Source: Wigglesworthia glossinidia endosymbiont of Glossina morsitans morsitans (Yale colony)
GTDB taxonomy: Bacteria > Pseudomonadota > Gammaproteobacteria > Enterobacterales > Enterobacteriaceae
Direction of reading: 5' to 3'
Assembly: GCF_000247565.1 (NCBI RefSeq)
Contig: NC_016893.1
Coordinates: 180,001-212,000 of the forward strand
Length of the DNA: 32,000 bases
The notes beneath the pieces are model-generated. The model was not told where the DNA came from and did not search any database. It saw only the letters and a list, made by a program, of their open reading frames with translations. How positions within the stretch are numbered: the first letter of the stretch is position 1; every line of letters starts with the position of its first letter. The translations under genes and the position numbers were made by a program. Positions 1 to 8,961 of this stretch are shown here, one piece after another.

Positions 1-787
1 TGTTGATTTTCAAATTTTCCGGTAATTTCTTAATAACATTTTGAGCTTCTTCTAATGAAGAATATGTGCCTGAAACTAACAAATACTGATATTTACTATT
101 TTTAGAAATTTTATGAATCCAATAAGGATTTAGTTTATTATTTTTTGCATAATTTTTTATTGCTTGCAAATTAGATGAGCTACTAAATTGTATTGTATAG
201 TAATTATCCGGAGTTGTTTGTAAAAAATTTTTTTCAGAAGTATTTTTCTTCAAATCATTTATGTGTAATGACGAGCTGTGACTGATTTTATTTAAATTAG
301 AATCATGAGGGGCAACTATATTTTGTTGAGAATTTAATTTTTTATTAATTTCATCTGTACTATGGTGCGTTTTATTATTACTTGATATTACAGATTTTTT
401 ATGATTTGATATTGCAAGATTGCTATCATGCGAATTTTTATGATTCGTTTCTTTTAATTCTTCTTGAACGTCAGAATAAAGCTTATTTTCTTTGTTATTA
501 GAAAATAAATCATCATCTTTTTTAAGATCATTTATGTTTTCTTTATTTTCTTTATTTTTCTGTTCGATAATCATAATTTCTTGGGTGACATCTGATTTTT
601 TAGATAGACGTTTTAAAATTATTCCCATAATTACTATTAATGATATAGAAATAATACTAGCGATAATCATAAATTTATTTTTATTTAGTAATTTTTTATT
701 GTCTGCATAATTTTTACGTGAAATATAGGAAGTTCGATTATTTTGGTTATTTGATTTTAATGTAGTATCAGTAATTTTATGATTCAT
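1..787 (-). CDS. damX: DamX-like cell-division protein with C-terminal SPOR domain (3' end runs off the left edge of the window)
   Basis: Hand translation of the minus strand from ATG 787..785 is stop-free down to position 2. The product starts MNHKITDTTLKSNNQ and has one TM segment, FMIIASIISISLIVIMGIIL, then a K/N/S-rich linker. It continues YYTIQFSSSSNLQAIKNYAKNNKLNPYWIHKISKNSKYQYLLVSGTYSSLEEAQNVIKKLPENL, which parallels the SPOR domain of E. coli DamX. It lies downstream of aroK-aroB, as in the E. coli aroK-aroB-damX operon. It is absent from the ORF track because the window edge truncates it. Confidence 0.75.
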   Translation of the reverse strand, partial: MNHKITDTTLKSNNQNNRTSYISRKNYADNKKLLNKNKFMIIASIISISLIVIMGIILKRLSKKSDVTQEIMIIEQKNKENKENINDLKKDDDLFSNNKENKLYSDVQEELKETNHKNSHDSNLAISNHKKSVISSNNKTHHSTDEINKKLNSQQNIVAPHDSNLNKISHSSSLHINDLKKNTSEKNFLQTTPDNYYTIQFSSSSNLQAIKNYAKNNKLNPYWIHKISKNSKYQYLLVSGTYSSLEEAQNVIKKLPENLKIN

Positions 788-836
788 ATTATCATTGCCT
801 ATTATCAAAAATTATTAATATTATTTAGATTTAATC

Positions 837-1934
837 TTAATTTTGAATATGACATTGTTGTATGGCAGATCGAATAAATGATGTTTCTATATTTTTTTTA
901 ATTGTTGATTTTCCTATTGACCGTATTATAATTTCTGTAAATCCAGAATCTATATCATTTTGTTTTTTATCATATTTTATTAAATTAATATAGTCTTCGG
1001 GAGACATATTTTTTGGTCCATGAATTGGCAATTTTGCTTTAATTAAAATGTTTTGAATTCTTTTAATAGTAAAATTGTCAATATTTGAAAAATATTTAGA
1101 TAAATATATAGATATCATCATTCCTGCTGAAATCGCTTGACCGTGCGACCAGTTCCCATATCCAACAAAGTTCTCAATAGCATGCCCATATGTATGACCA
1201 AAATTCAATATCATTCGCGTTTTTAGGTCATATATATCTTTTGATATTATTTCAGATTTTAATTTACAACATTTATATATACAGTTTTGTAATGTTTTTG
1301 TCTCTAAATTAATTATTTTTTTTATATTTTTTTCTAACCAATAAAAAAATTTTAGATTTAATGTAATTCCATATTTAATAACTTCTGATAATCCTGAAAA
1401 AATTTCTTTTTTTGGTAGTGTATATAAAAATGTAGGATCAATTCCGACAGCTATCGGATGATAAAATGATCCGATCATGTTTTTACCAAATAAATGATTA
1501 ATTCCTGTTTTTCCTCCTATAGAAGAATCTACTTGAGACAATAAAGTTGTTGGAATTTGTATTATTGGAATACCTCTTTGGTAAATAGAGGCAACAAATC
1601 CTGACAAATCTCCAATTACACCGCCTCCTATTGCAATAAGAATTGTATTTCTATTACATTGGTGTTTTAATAGAATGGATATAATTTTTTTTACAGTATT
1701 AAATGATTTTTTATGTTCTCCAGATGAAAGAATTATATGTTGATATTTAAAACATAATTTTAAAAAAAAAGATTTTATTTTTTTTAAATATAATCGTGCT
1801 ATGTTAGTATCCGTTATCACTACAATATTACGAGTATATATCAAAGGGTAAAAAAAAGATTTTTTTTTGAATAAGTTTTTACTAATTACGATAGAATAAT
1901 TATTTCTTTGAGACAGAATACTTATTTTTTTCAT
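837..1934 (-). CDS. aroB: 3-dehydroquinate synthase
   Basis: 365-aa ORF, colinear with E. coli AroB (about 362 aa). It has the glycine-rich nucleotide loop IGGGVIGDLSGFVA and the metal-site region NFGHTYGHAIE. It sits immediately downstream of aroK. Confidence 0.95.
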   Translation of the reverse strand: MKKISILSQRNNYSIVISKNLFKKKSFFYPLIYTRNIVVITDTNIARLYLKKIKSFFLKLCFKYQHIILSSGEHKKSFNTVKKIISILLKHQCNRNTILIAIGGGVIGDLSGFVASIYQRGIPIIQIPTTLLSQVDSSIGGKTGINHLFGKNMIGSFYHPIAVGIDPTFLYTLPKKEIFSGLSEVIKYGITLNLKFFYWLEKNIKKIINLETKTLQNCIYKCCKLKSEIISKDIYDLKTRMILNFGHTYGHAIENFVGYGNWSHGQAISAGMMISIYLSKYFSNIDNFTIKRIQNILIKAKLPIHGPKNMSPEDYINLIKYDKKQNDIDSGFTEIIIRSIGKSTIKKNIETSFIRSAIQQCHIQN

Positions 1935-1950
1935 TTTTTATAAATTATTA

Positions 1951-2472
1951 TTAATTATTAAATAATGTATTAATAATGTTATTTACCACAATTTTTGCGC
2001 TATAGGAGTTAGTTTTTATAATAAAATCTGCAATTTCTGTATATAATGGATTTCTTTCTTTTGCTAAATTTTCTAAAAATAGTCTAGAAGGATTTTTTGT
2101 CAATAATAGTGGGCGATTTCTATCTTTTTTTGTTCTATCAAGTTGTTTATCGATGGTAGTTTCTAGATATACTACTAATCCTCTAGCAGAGAGTCGGTTT
2201 CTTGTTTTTTTAGATTGAATAGATCCTCCGCCTGTTGCTAGTACTATACCTTGTTTTTCGGTAATTTCTTTAATGATATTTTCTTCTCGAATACGAAATT
2301 TATCTTCTCCTTCAACATCGAATACCCAGGAAATATCTGCTCCAGTTCTTTTTTCTATTTCATAATCAGAATCAAAGAATTCCATATGAAGTTTTTGAGA
2401 TAATAGGCGTCCTATTGTGCTTTTTCCGGCGCCCATAGGGCCAATTAAAAAAATATTTCTTTTTTCTGCCAT
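1951..2472 (-). CDS. aroK: shikimate kinase I
   Basis: 173-aa ORF. The N-terminus [22 protein letters not shown] is almost identical to E. coli AroK, including the Walker A motif. Confidence 0.95.
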   Translation of the reverse strand: MAEKRNIFLIGPMGAGKSTIGRLLSQKLHMEFFDSDYEIEKRTGADISWVFDVEGEDKFRIREENIIKEITEKQGIVLATGGGSIQSKKTRNRLSARGLVVYLETTIDKQLDRTKKDRNRPLLLTKNPSRLFLENLAKERNPLYTEIADFIIKTNSYSAKIVVNNIINTLFNN

Positions 2473-2869
2473 ATTTTAACAAAAAAATAAATCTTTAATT
2501 AATAATTGTTGGTTAATAGAAATTTTTTTGATACATATGTAAGTTTTTTAAAAAAATTTACAAGTTTTGATAAATATATTAACATAATTAGCATAAAAAA
2601 AATTATTTTAATTTATCTATAAAATATAGTCTATTTAAGTTTTTTACGATATAAATTTTAAAATTAATTTAATTAAATAATTTTTATAATTATATTAATC
2701 TTTGAATTTAGACTTGTATTTTTTTTAAAAAATATTTTTATTTCTATAAAGTTATTTTAAATTTATTATATTATTATAAAATAATAATATCAAATTTATT
2801 TGATTCAACGCATAATTTTTTATTAAAACTAGTATTTTAAATTTATTATAAATTTTAGGAAAATACATA

Positions 2870-4486
2870 ATGCAAATAGACAAAATTGCGAATAATCTGA
2901 AAATACACGGAATTAATAAATATGTTGAAATTATTTATAATCCAACGTTTGAAAAATTATTTGAAGAAGAAACTAATCATAATTTAGATGGATTAGAAAG
3001 CTGCACTATAACAAAATTTGGCGCTATTTCAGTAGACACAGGAGAATTTACTGGAAGATCACCAAAAGATAAATATTTTGTACGAGATTCTAACACAATA
3101 AATAAAATTTGGTGGTCAGATCATCCTAAACATCAAAGTCATAATTATCCGATTTCCGAAGACGTATGGAATTCATTATATGAAATTGTTATCAATAAAC
3201 TTAAAAATCAACGTTTATTTGTAATAGATGCTTTTTGTGGTGCAACTATACCAAATAGATTGAAAATACGTTTTATTACTGATATTGCATGGCAAGCTCA
3301 TTTTGTTAAAAATATGTTTATCCGTCCTATTTTTTCAGAAATATCAAATTTTTGTCAAGATTTTACTATACTAAGCGCTCCTAAAGCCGTAAATATGAAT
3401 TGGAAAAAGCAAAAATTAAATTCAGAAAATTTCATTGCAATTAATTTAACTAAACGTATTTTATTAATTGGAGGTACTTGGTACGGAGGGGAAATAAAAA
3501 AAGGTTTGTTTTCGGTGATGAATTACATTTTACCACTCAAACAAGTAGCATCTATGCATTGTGCATCTAATGTAGGCATTAAAAACGATGTAGCTTTATT
3601 TTTCGGTTTATCTGGTACAGGCAAAACTACTTTATCTACCGATTCCAAACGTTTTTTAATAGGTGACGATGAACATGGATGGGACGCAAACGGAATTTTT
3701 AATTTTGAAGGAGGATGTTATGCAAAAACAATTAACTTATCTAAAGAAAAAGAACCAGAAATTTATGGCGCTATTAAAAAAAATGCATTATTAGAAAACG
3801 TCGTAGTTTTTCCTGACAAAACAGTAAATTTTGAAGATAGTAGTAAAACAGAAAATACTCGAGTATCATATCCTATATATCATATAAAAAATATCGTGCA
3901 ACCTATTTCTAGTTCGGGTCATGCAAGTTACATAATTTTTTTAACTGCTGATGCTTTTGGAGTACTTCCATGCGTATCCATGCTATCTAAAAAACAAGGA
4001 TTATATCATTTTTTATCTGGTTTTACCTCTAAAATATCAGGGACTGAACGAGGAATTGTTGATCCTGAACCAACCTTTTCATCATGCTTCGGAGAAGCTT
4101 TTTTATCATTATACCCTACCGTTTACGCTGAAGTTTTGTTTAAATACATTAAAAGTGCACATTCTAAAATATTTTTAATAAATACAGGGTGGAATGGCTA
4201 TGGTATTCGATATTCTTTAAAAAATACTCGAAAAATTATAAAAAATATTCTAGACGGATCTTTAAATTCATGCGTAACATACAATTTACCAATTTTTAAT
4301 TTAAAAATTCCTCAAAATATTCAAGGCATCAATCCAAAAGATTTAGATCCACGTTTTTCTTTTAAATCTCATCAAGAATGGGATATTAAAGCTAAAAAAT
4401 TAGCAAAAAAATTTGTTTCTAATTTTTGCAAATTTGAGCATACAGATTTAGGAAAAATTTTAGTACCATTCGGTCCTCAATATTAA
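2870..4486 (+). CDS. pckA: phosphoenolpyruvate carboxykinase (ATP)
   Basis: 538-aa ORF (E. coli PckA is about 540 aa). It has the kinase-1a P-loop [11 protein letters not shown], and the TGRSPKDKY and IGDDEHGW blocks are conserved. A Shine-Dalgarno AGGAAAA lies about 6 nt upstream of the ATG. Confidence 0.97.
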   Translation: MQIDKIANNLKIHGINKYVEIIYNPTFEKLFEEETNHNLDGLESCTITKFGAISVDTGEFTGRSPKDKYFVRDSNTINKIWWSDHPKHQSHNYPISEDVWNSLYEIVINKLKNQRLFVIDAFCGATIPNRLKIRFITDIAWQAHFVKNMFIRPIFSEISNFCQDFTILSAPKAVNMNWKKQKLNSENFIAINLTKRILLIGGTWYGGEIKKGLFSVMNYILPLKQVASMHCASNVGIKNDVALFFGLSGTGKTTLSTDSKRFLIGDDEHGWDANGIFNFEGGCYAKTINLSKEKEPEIYGAIKKNALLENVVVFPDKTVNFEDSSKTENTRVSYPIYHIKNIVQPISSSGHASYIIFLTADAFGVLPCVSMLSKKQGLYHFLSGFTSKISGTERGIVDPEPTFSSCFGEAFLSLYPTVYAEVLFKYIKSAHSKIFLINTGWNGYGIRYSLKNTRKIIKNILDGSLNSCVTYNLPIFNLKIPQNIQGINPKDLDPRFSFKSHQEWDIKAKKLAKKFVSNFCKFEHTDLGKILVPFGPQY

Positions 4487-4527
4487 TATATAACAGAATA
4501 TTTAAAAATCTAAAATTTTAAAAAAAA

Positions 4528-5900
4528 TTATTTATCAATAAATTTTATTTTTAATTTGCTTCCAGTTAACTGAAGCTGTTGAATGAAATAATTTTTTAAA
4601 TAAGTAATATAATTAATCGATAAATATTTAGTTTTACTACCGTGTATAACAAGAATTAAAGGATTACATCCACCAACATGTGCATATTTTAATTTTATTT
4701 TTTTATATTTTACAATAGGAATCTGTTTTTTAACGAGTGCTTGATATAATATACGAGTTAGTTGCGATGTTTTAAAGAAAGATGTTCGGCTTTTATAAGT
4801 TCTATCTACGGATTTAATTAAATTATTTATTCCATAAGATTTTTTCGCTGATATACAGCGTATTTCGACAGATTTAAAAAAAGTAATTCGGCGCTGTATA
4901 TTTTGTTTAATTTTTAAATAATGATTTTTAGAAATTAAATCATACTTATTAATTGCGATTATTAAAGATTTACAATTATCTATAACTATTTTTAATAGGC
5001 AAAGATCTTGTTTTGTAATACCAATAAATGGATCAATTATTAATAATACAATGTCTATTTTTTTAATGATATTAAATGTTTTTTCTAAAATTAATTTTTC
5101 TATATTTTTTAATTTATTTTTTTTAGATATTCCTGCGGTGTCAATAAATAAATAACTTTTTTTTTTCTTGTGCACATTGCACACAAGCTATCTCTTGTAG
5201 TACCTGCAATGTTTGATACAGATGCTCTTTGTGCATTTAATAAAGAATTCATTAAAGTAGATTTTCCAGAATTTGGACGTCCAAGAATAATTATTTTAGG
5301 TAAATTAAAATACTTTTTTTTCACATCAAAAATATTTTGTTCAGTATTATAATCATAATTTTTTTTATTTTTATTTTTTTCAGTGCTTGATTTAATTAAA
5401 AAATATTCTGGATATAAAATAAGATTAAATAATTTATTTATTTCTAATTTTTTTTTACAATTTATTAAATAAACTTGATTCTGAATTCCAAGAAAATTAA
5501 TTTTTTTTAAAATTTCATTTTCATATTTTAAAAAACTTAAATTAATAATAACGAAAAACTTTTTTTTAATTTTTTTTAAAAAATGTATAGTTTGCAAAAA
5601 ATTATCAAAAGTAGTGTTAAATTCATATTTAATAATAAAAAAAATAATATGTGATTCTTGAATTGCAAGCACAGATTGTTTATTAAATTTATATTTTTTT
5701 GAAAAAAAATCTCCCGAATCTATTGCAGGAGTATCAATAAAAATGAAATTACATTTTTTTCGCGTACAAACGGCGTACTGACGATCACGTGTAAAATTTG
5801 GAATGCTAGAAATTAATGCAATATTTTTTTGTATCAATTGATTAAAAGTAGTAGATTTTCCCGAATTTTCTTTTCCAATTAAAGCAATAATAAGATTCAT
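4528..5900 (-). pseudogene. der: ribosome-associated GTPase Der/EngA, split into two overlapping ORFs (5109..5900 and 4528..5184) by a frame change inside an A10 tract
   Basis: The upstream ORF (263 aa) carries GTPase domain 1 (GKENSGKST) and the start of domain 2 (GRPNSGKSTLMN ... GTTRDS). The downstream ORF (218 aa) carries FIDTAGISKK (G3), NKYD (G4) and the KH-like C-terminus. Total length is about 480 aa, against about 490 aa for E. coli Der. The position after bamB matches E. coli synteny. The two frames switch at the T10 run 5157..5166. Confidence 0.85.
5157..5166 (-). other. A10 homopolymer (T10 on the + strand) at the der frame switch; candidate transcriptional-slippage site
   Basis: The mRNA sense reads ACA AGA AAA AAA AAA GTT in the upstream frame and CAC AAG AAA AAA AAA AGT TAT in the downstream frame. 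One extra A joins the two frames. Confidence 0.8.
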
Positions 5901-5935
5901 ATTATACCATTAGTTTAAGTATACAATTTTAATTT

Positions 5936-7126
5936 TTATAGATTAAAAGAATATATTTTCCCAGATTTTGCAATTATTAGTAAGTAATTTTTAAATATAT
6001 TCATAAAAAATATATTTCCTGATATATTAATTTTTTCTTTTTTTATATACTTTCTATTATTAATATTAATTTGATATACGTATTTATTTTGATCTAAAAA
6101 AATGAAATATTTATGATATATAGCAAAATGCCTATAATTAGGTCGAATTAGTTTTTGATTATAAATCCATACATTTTCTCCAGTATGTAAATTTATAGCG
6201 ATGATTTTATAGTATTGATCTATTGCATATAAATTATTTTTATCATATAAAATTTTAGATATATATATAGATTTGTTTATCCATAGTATTTTTCCTGATT
6301 CTGAATTTAAACAAAACAAATATCCATTTTTTGAAATAACATAAATTTTATTATCTAAAACAATTACATCTTTTTTTTCATTTATACTATAAAATAAATT
6401 ATTTTTTTTATGGTCAATATAATTAATAGATTGTTCCCATATAGTTTCTCCATTATATACGGATAAAGCTATTACGTTTTTTTTATTATCTATTAAAATC
6501 ACTTTATCTGAAAAAATTTTTACAAAAAATATATCATATTTATATGTATTAAATACTTCATTATTTATTTTTTTTGTCCATTGTATACTGCCGTCTATTT
6601 CATTTAATGCTTGTAAAAACCCATTGTTAGTATAAATTATGAGTACTCCATAATTTGTTGATTGTGGTATAGACAATATTTTTCCTAAAGTTTTTTGTTT
6701 CCAAATTAATTTTCCATTATTTATATCTAAAGCATATATTATTCCATATTCAGATCCCATGTATATATAATTAATGTCACTTGAACTAACACCTATTCCT
6801 CCTGCAAGTTTTATATTTTTTTTATGTGGTATAAATAGATTGTTTAAATTTATTTCCCAAATTTTTGTTCCAGTATATATATTTATTGCTTTCACTGTGC
6901 CGGTATAATTTGCAAAAAATATTTTTTCATTTTTATTTGCTGGAATTAATTGAGAATATTTCATATTTTTGAAATCTAAAAAATTAGTCCAAGATTTTTT
7001 TATTTTATTTGTGTTAAAATTTTTCTGTAAAGATAAATCTTTTTTATGAATATAATTTATTTCAGAAGTAACATGAAAAAAATTTTCAGTGTTTAAGTTG
7101 TCCATAATTATATGACAAAATTTCAA
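5936..7126 (-). CDS. bamB: BamB (YfgL)-like beta-propeller protein, lacking a recognisable lipoprotein signal peptide
   Basis: 396-aa ORF with a repetitive PQQ-like beta-propeller pattern. Examples are GTVKAINIYTGTKIWEINL, GIIYALDINNGKLIWKQK, GFLQALNEIDGSIQWTKK and GYLFCLNSESGKILWINK, colinear with E. coli BamB. It sits between yfgM and der as in E. coli. It has a TTG start at 7126, and a TAA lies two codons upstream. Confidence 0.8.
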   Translation of the reverse strand: MKFCHIIMDNLNTENFFHVTSEINYIHKKDLSLQKNFNTNKIKKSWTNFLDFKNMKYSQLIPANKNEKIFFANYTGTVKAINIYTGTKIWEINLNNLFIPHKKNIKLAGGIGVSSSDINYIYMGSEYGIIYALDINNGKLIWKQKTLGKILSIPQSTNYGVLIIYTNNGFLQALNEIDGSIQWTKKINNEVFNTYKYDIFFVKIFSDKVILIDNKKNVIALSVYNGETIWEQSINYIDHKKNNLFYSINEKKDVIVLDNKIYVISKNGYLFCLNSESGKILWINKSIYISKILYDKNNLYAIDQYYKIIAINLHTGENVWIYNQKLIRPNYRHFAIYHKYFIFLDQNKYVYQININNRKYIKKEKINISGNIFFMNIFKNYLLIIAKSGKIYSFNL

Positions 7127-7620
7127 GTTTTATGTGTTTTTTTAAAATGAACGTCGTGATTTAAAATGTAATGTGCTAACTCTTTCCATCCTGGACGGGT
7201 AATATTTTTTAAAATGTTTTCTGCATTTTCTATATCATTTTGTTGTAACATTAATCTTGCTTTTCTTAAAGCAATTAAAGATTTTAAATTTAAATCTTCT
7301 GCTAATAAAAAAGCCTTATTTAAATATACTAAAGCTTCTTCAAATTTATTGTTTTCTACATTTATTTTTGCAATCCCTAACAAAATAAATACAGTATAGT
7401 TGTTTTTATGTTCTTTTGCTGCGTAAAAATTTGTATATTCAGAATTTTCTAATTTTTTTTTCATATCTTTCCAAATTTGAAAAGATTGATATAGTTCGTC
7501 GTTTTTATTTCTTTGATACTTTTTATAAAAAAAAATAGAAATTAAAATGAATATAAAAAAAAATAATAAAATAAATATATTTTTTTTAAATATGTATTGA
7601 TTTATTTTAAATAAAGACAT
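7123..7620 (-). CDS. yfgM: YfgM-like inner-membrane TPR-type protein (ancillary SecYEG/chaperone-associated), shorter than the E. coli protein
   Basis: 165-aa ORF with an N-terminal TM anchor IFILLFFFIFILISIFFY. The segment YAAKEHKNNYTVFILLGIAKINVENNKFEEALVYLNKA...LIALRKARLMLQQNDIENAENILKNITRPGW parallels E. coli YfgM (FAAENKNTYGALASLELAQQFVDKNELEKAAAQL...LRLARVQVQLKQADAALKTLDTIKGEGW). Synteny between hisS and bamB supports the call. Confidence 0.75.
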   Translation of the reverse strand: MSLFKINQYIFKKNIFILLFFFIFILISIFFYKKYQRNKNDELYQSFQIWKDMKKKLENSEYTNFYAAKEHKNNYTVFILLGIAKINVENNKFEEALVYLNKAFLLAEDLNLKSLIALRKARLMLQQNDIENAENILKNITRPGWKELAHYILNHDVHFKKTHKT

Positions 7621-7632
7621 AATAAGTAATAT

Positions 7633-8928
7633 TTAATTTTTTAAATATTTTTTAATAATATTAATAATACGACTTTGATGCACAGTTTCTTGAATACCGC
7701 TATTTAAATATTTAATAGTAATATTATTTGCTTTTATTTCTTTTTTTCCTAAAATTAATGCAATTTTTGCATTTAATTTATTTGCAGTTTTTAATTTTTT
7801 TTTGCAATTTTTTTGACTAATATCTGTCATAATTTTTAATGTATACGACAAAGAGCTGCGTAAATGCTCTACAAATAATAGCATTTCTATTATTATATCG
7901 TGTGTAATAGTAATTACATATATATCTATATATTCTAAATCTTTTTTTATTTTTTTTTGTTTAAATTCAACTAATAATATGAGACGATCTAATCCGATAG
8001 CACAGCCTAATGCTGGTGTATGCATGCCACCAAGTTGTCTGACTAAATTATCGTATCTGCCTCCACTGCAAATAGCAATATTTGAATAGTTTAATATTTT
8101 TGGCATCCATTCAAATATAATATCATTATAGTAGTCTAATCCTCTAAATAAATTCGAATTAATTTTGTATGGTATATTTGATTTTTTTAATAATTTACAT
8201 AAATTTAAAAATTGATTTTTTGAATTTTCTCCGATGTAATTAAAAATTTTAGGAATTTTTAACGATTCTTCTTCTGTAAGATTAATTGCATTAATTATTT
8301 TTGAAGGATTACTATTGAAATCAAACTGAACTTTTATTTTGTTTTTTTCACTGTAAATAAAAATAAATTTTTTTAGATCTTTTAAATAATTTTCTCTTTC
8401 TTGAAAATTACCGATAGAATTTATTTCTAATATTAAATCTTGATCTATGTTAAGGTTTTTCCATATTCTTGAAGTAAGTAAAATTAATTCAAATTCTGCA
8501 CTGATATGATCAGATCCAAATATTTCTAAACCTATTTGGGAAAATTGTCTATATCTTCCCTTTTGAGGTCTTTCATAGCGAAACATAGGACCTATATACC
8601 ATAATTTATGTATACTATTATTGTGAAATAAATTATTATAAATTGCAGAACGCACACATCCTGCAGTTCCTTCTGGACGTAAAGCTAATCTACAAGAATT
8701 ACGATCTAAAAAAGTATACATCTCTTTTTTGACAACTATATTATTATTGCCAATTGCTCGAGAAAAAACTTGAGAATGTTCCAAAATAGGAAATCGTATT
8801 TCTTGATAATTATAATTAGAAATTATTTTTATAATTTTTTTTTCGATAAATCTCCACAGATTTGTTTGCTCTGGAAGAATATCTTTCATACCTCGTACGA
8901 TATGTGCTGTATTTTTTTTTATATGCAT
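7633..8928 (-). CDS. hisS: histidine--tRNA ligase
   Basis: 431-aa ORF. Class II HisRS blocks are conserved: RGMKDILP, LRPEGTAGCVR, WYIGPMFRYERPQKGRYRQF, RGLDYYN and GGRYDNL. Confidence 0.96.
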   Translation of the reverse strand: MHIKKNTAHIVRGMKDILPEQTNLWRFIEKKIIKIISNYNYQEIRFPILEHSQVFSRAIGNNNIVVKKEMYTFLDRNSCRLALRPEGTAGCVRSAIYNNLFHNNSIHKLWYIGPMFRYERPQKGRYRQFSQIGLEIFGSDHISAEFELILLTSRIWKNLNIDQDLILEINSIGNFQERENYLKDLKKFIFIYSEKNKIKVQFDFNSNPSKIINAINLTEEESLKIPKIFNYIGENSKNQFLNLCKLLKKSNIPYKINSNLFRGLDYYNDIIFEWMPKILNYSNIAICSGGRYDNLVRQLGGMHTPALGCAIGLDRLILLVEFKQKKIKKDLEYIDIYVITITHDIIIEMLLFVEHLRSSLSYTLKIMTDISQKNCKKKLKTANKLNAKIALILGKKEIKANNITIKYLNSGIQETVHQSRIINIIKKYLKN

Positions 8929-8961
8929 CTATTTTTCTCGAAATCAAAATTAAAAAATTTT

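Noticed and set aside
492-710. 72-aa + strand ORF (MLLENKSSSFLRSF...)
   Set aside because: It lies entirely antisense to the damX reading frame. The sequence is low-complexity and F/I/L-rich, typical of the reverse strand of K/N-rich genes in AT-rich DNA. It has no homology pattern and no Shine-Dalgarno.
2753-2850. Exact 18-nt direct repeat tattttaaatttattata at 2753..2770 and 2833..2850 in the aroK-pckA spacer
   Set aside because: It consists only of A and T in a spacer of nearly 100% AT. A rough estimate suggests such a match is not unlikely by chance, and there is no flanking structure (no inverted repeats, no target-site duplication, no ORF).
3951-4178. 75-aa + strand ORF in an alternative frame inside pckA
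   Set aside because: It is nested within a well-supported, fully conserved pckA frame and has no independent support.
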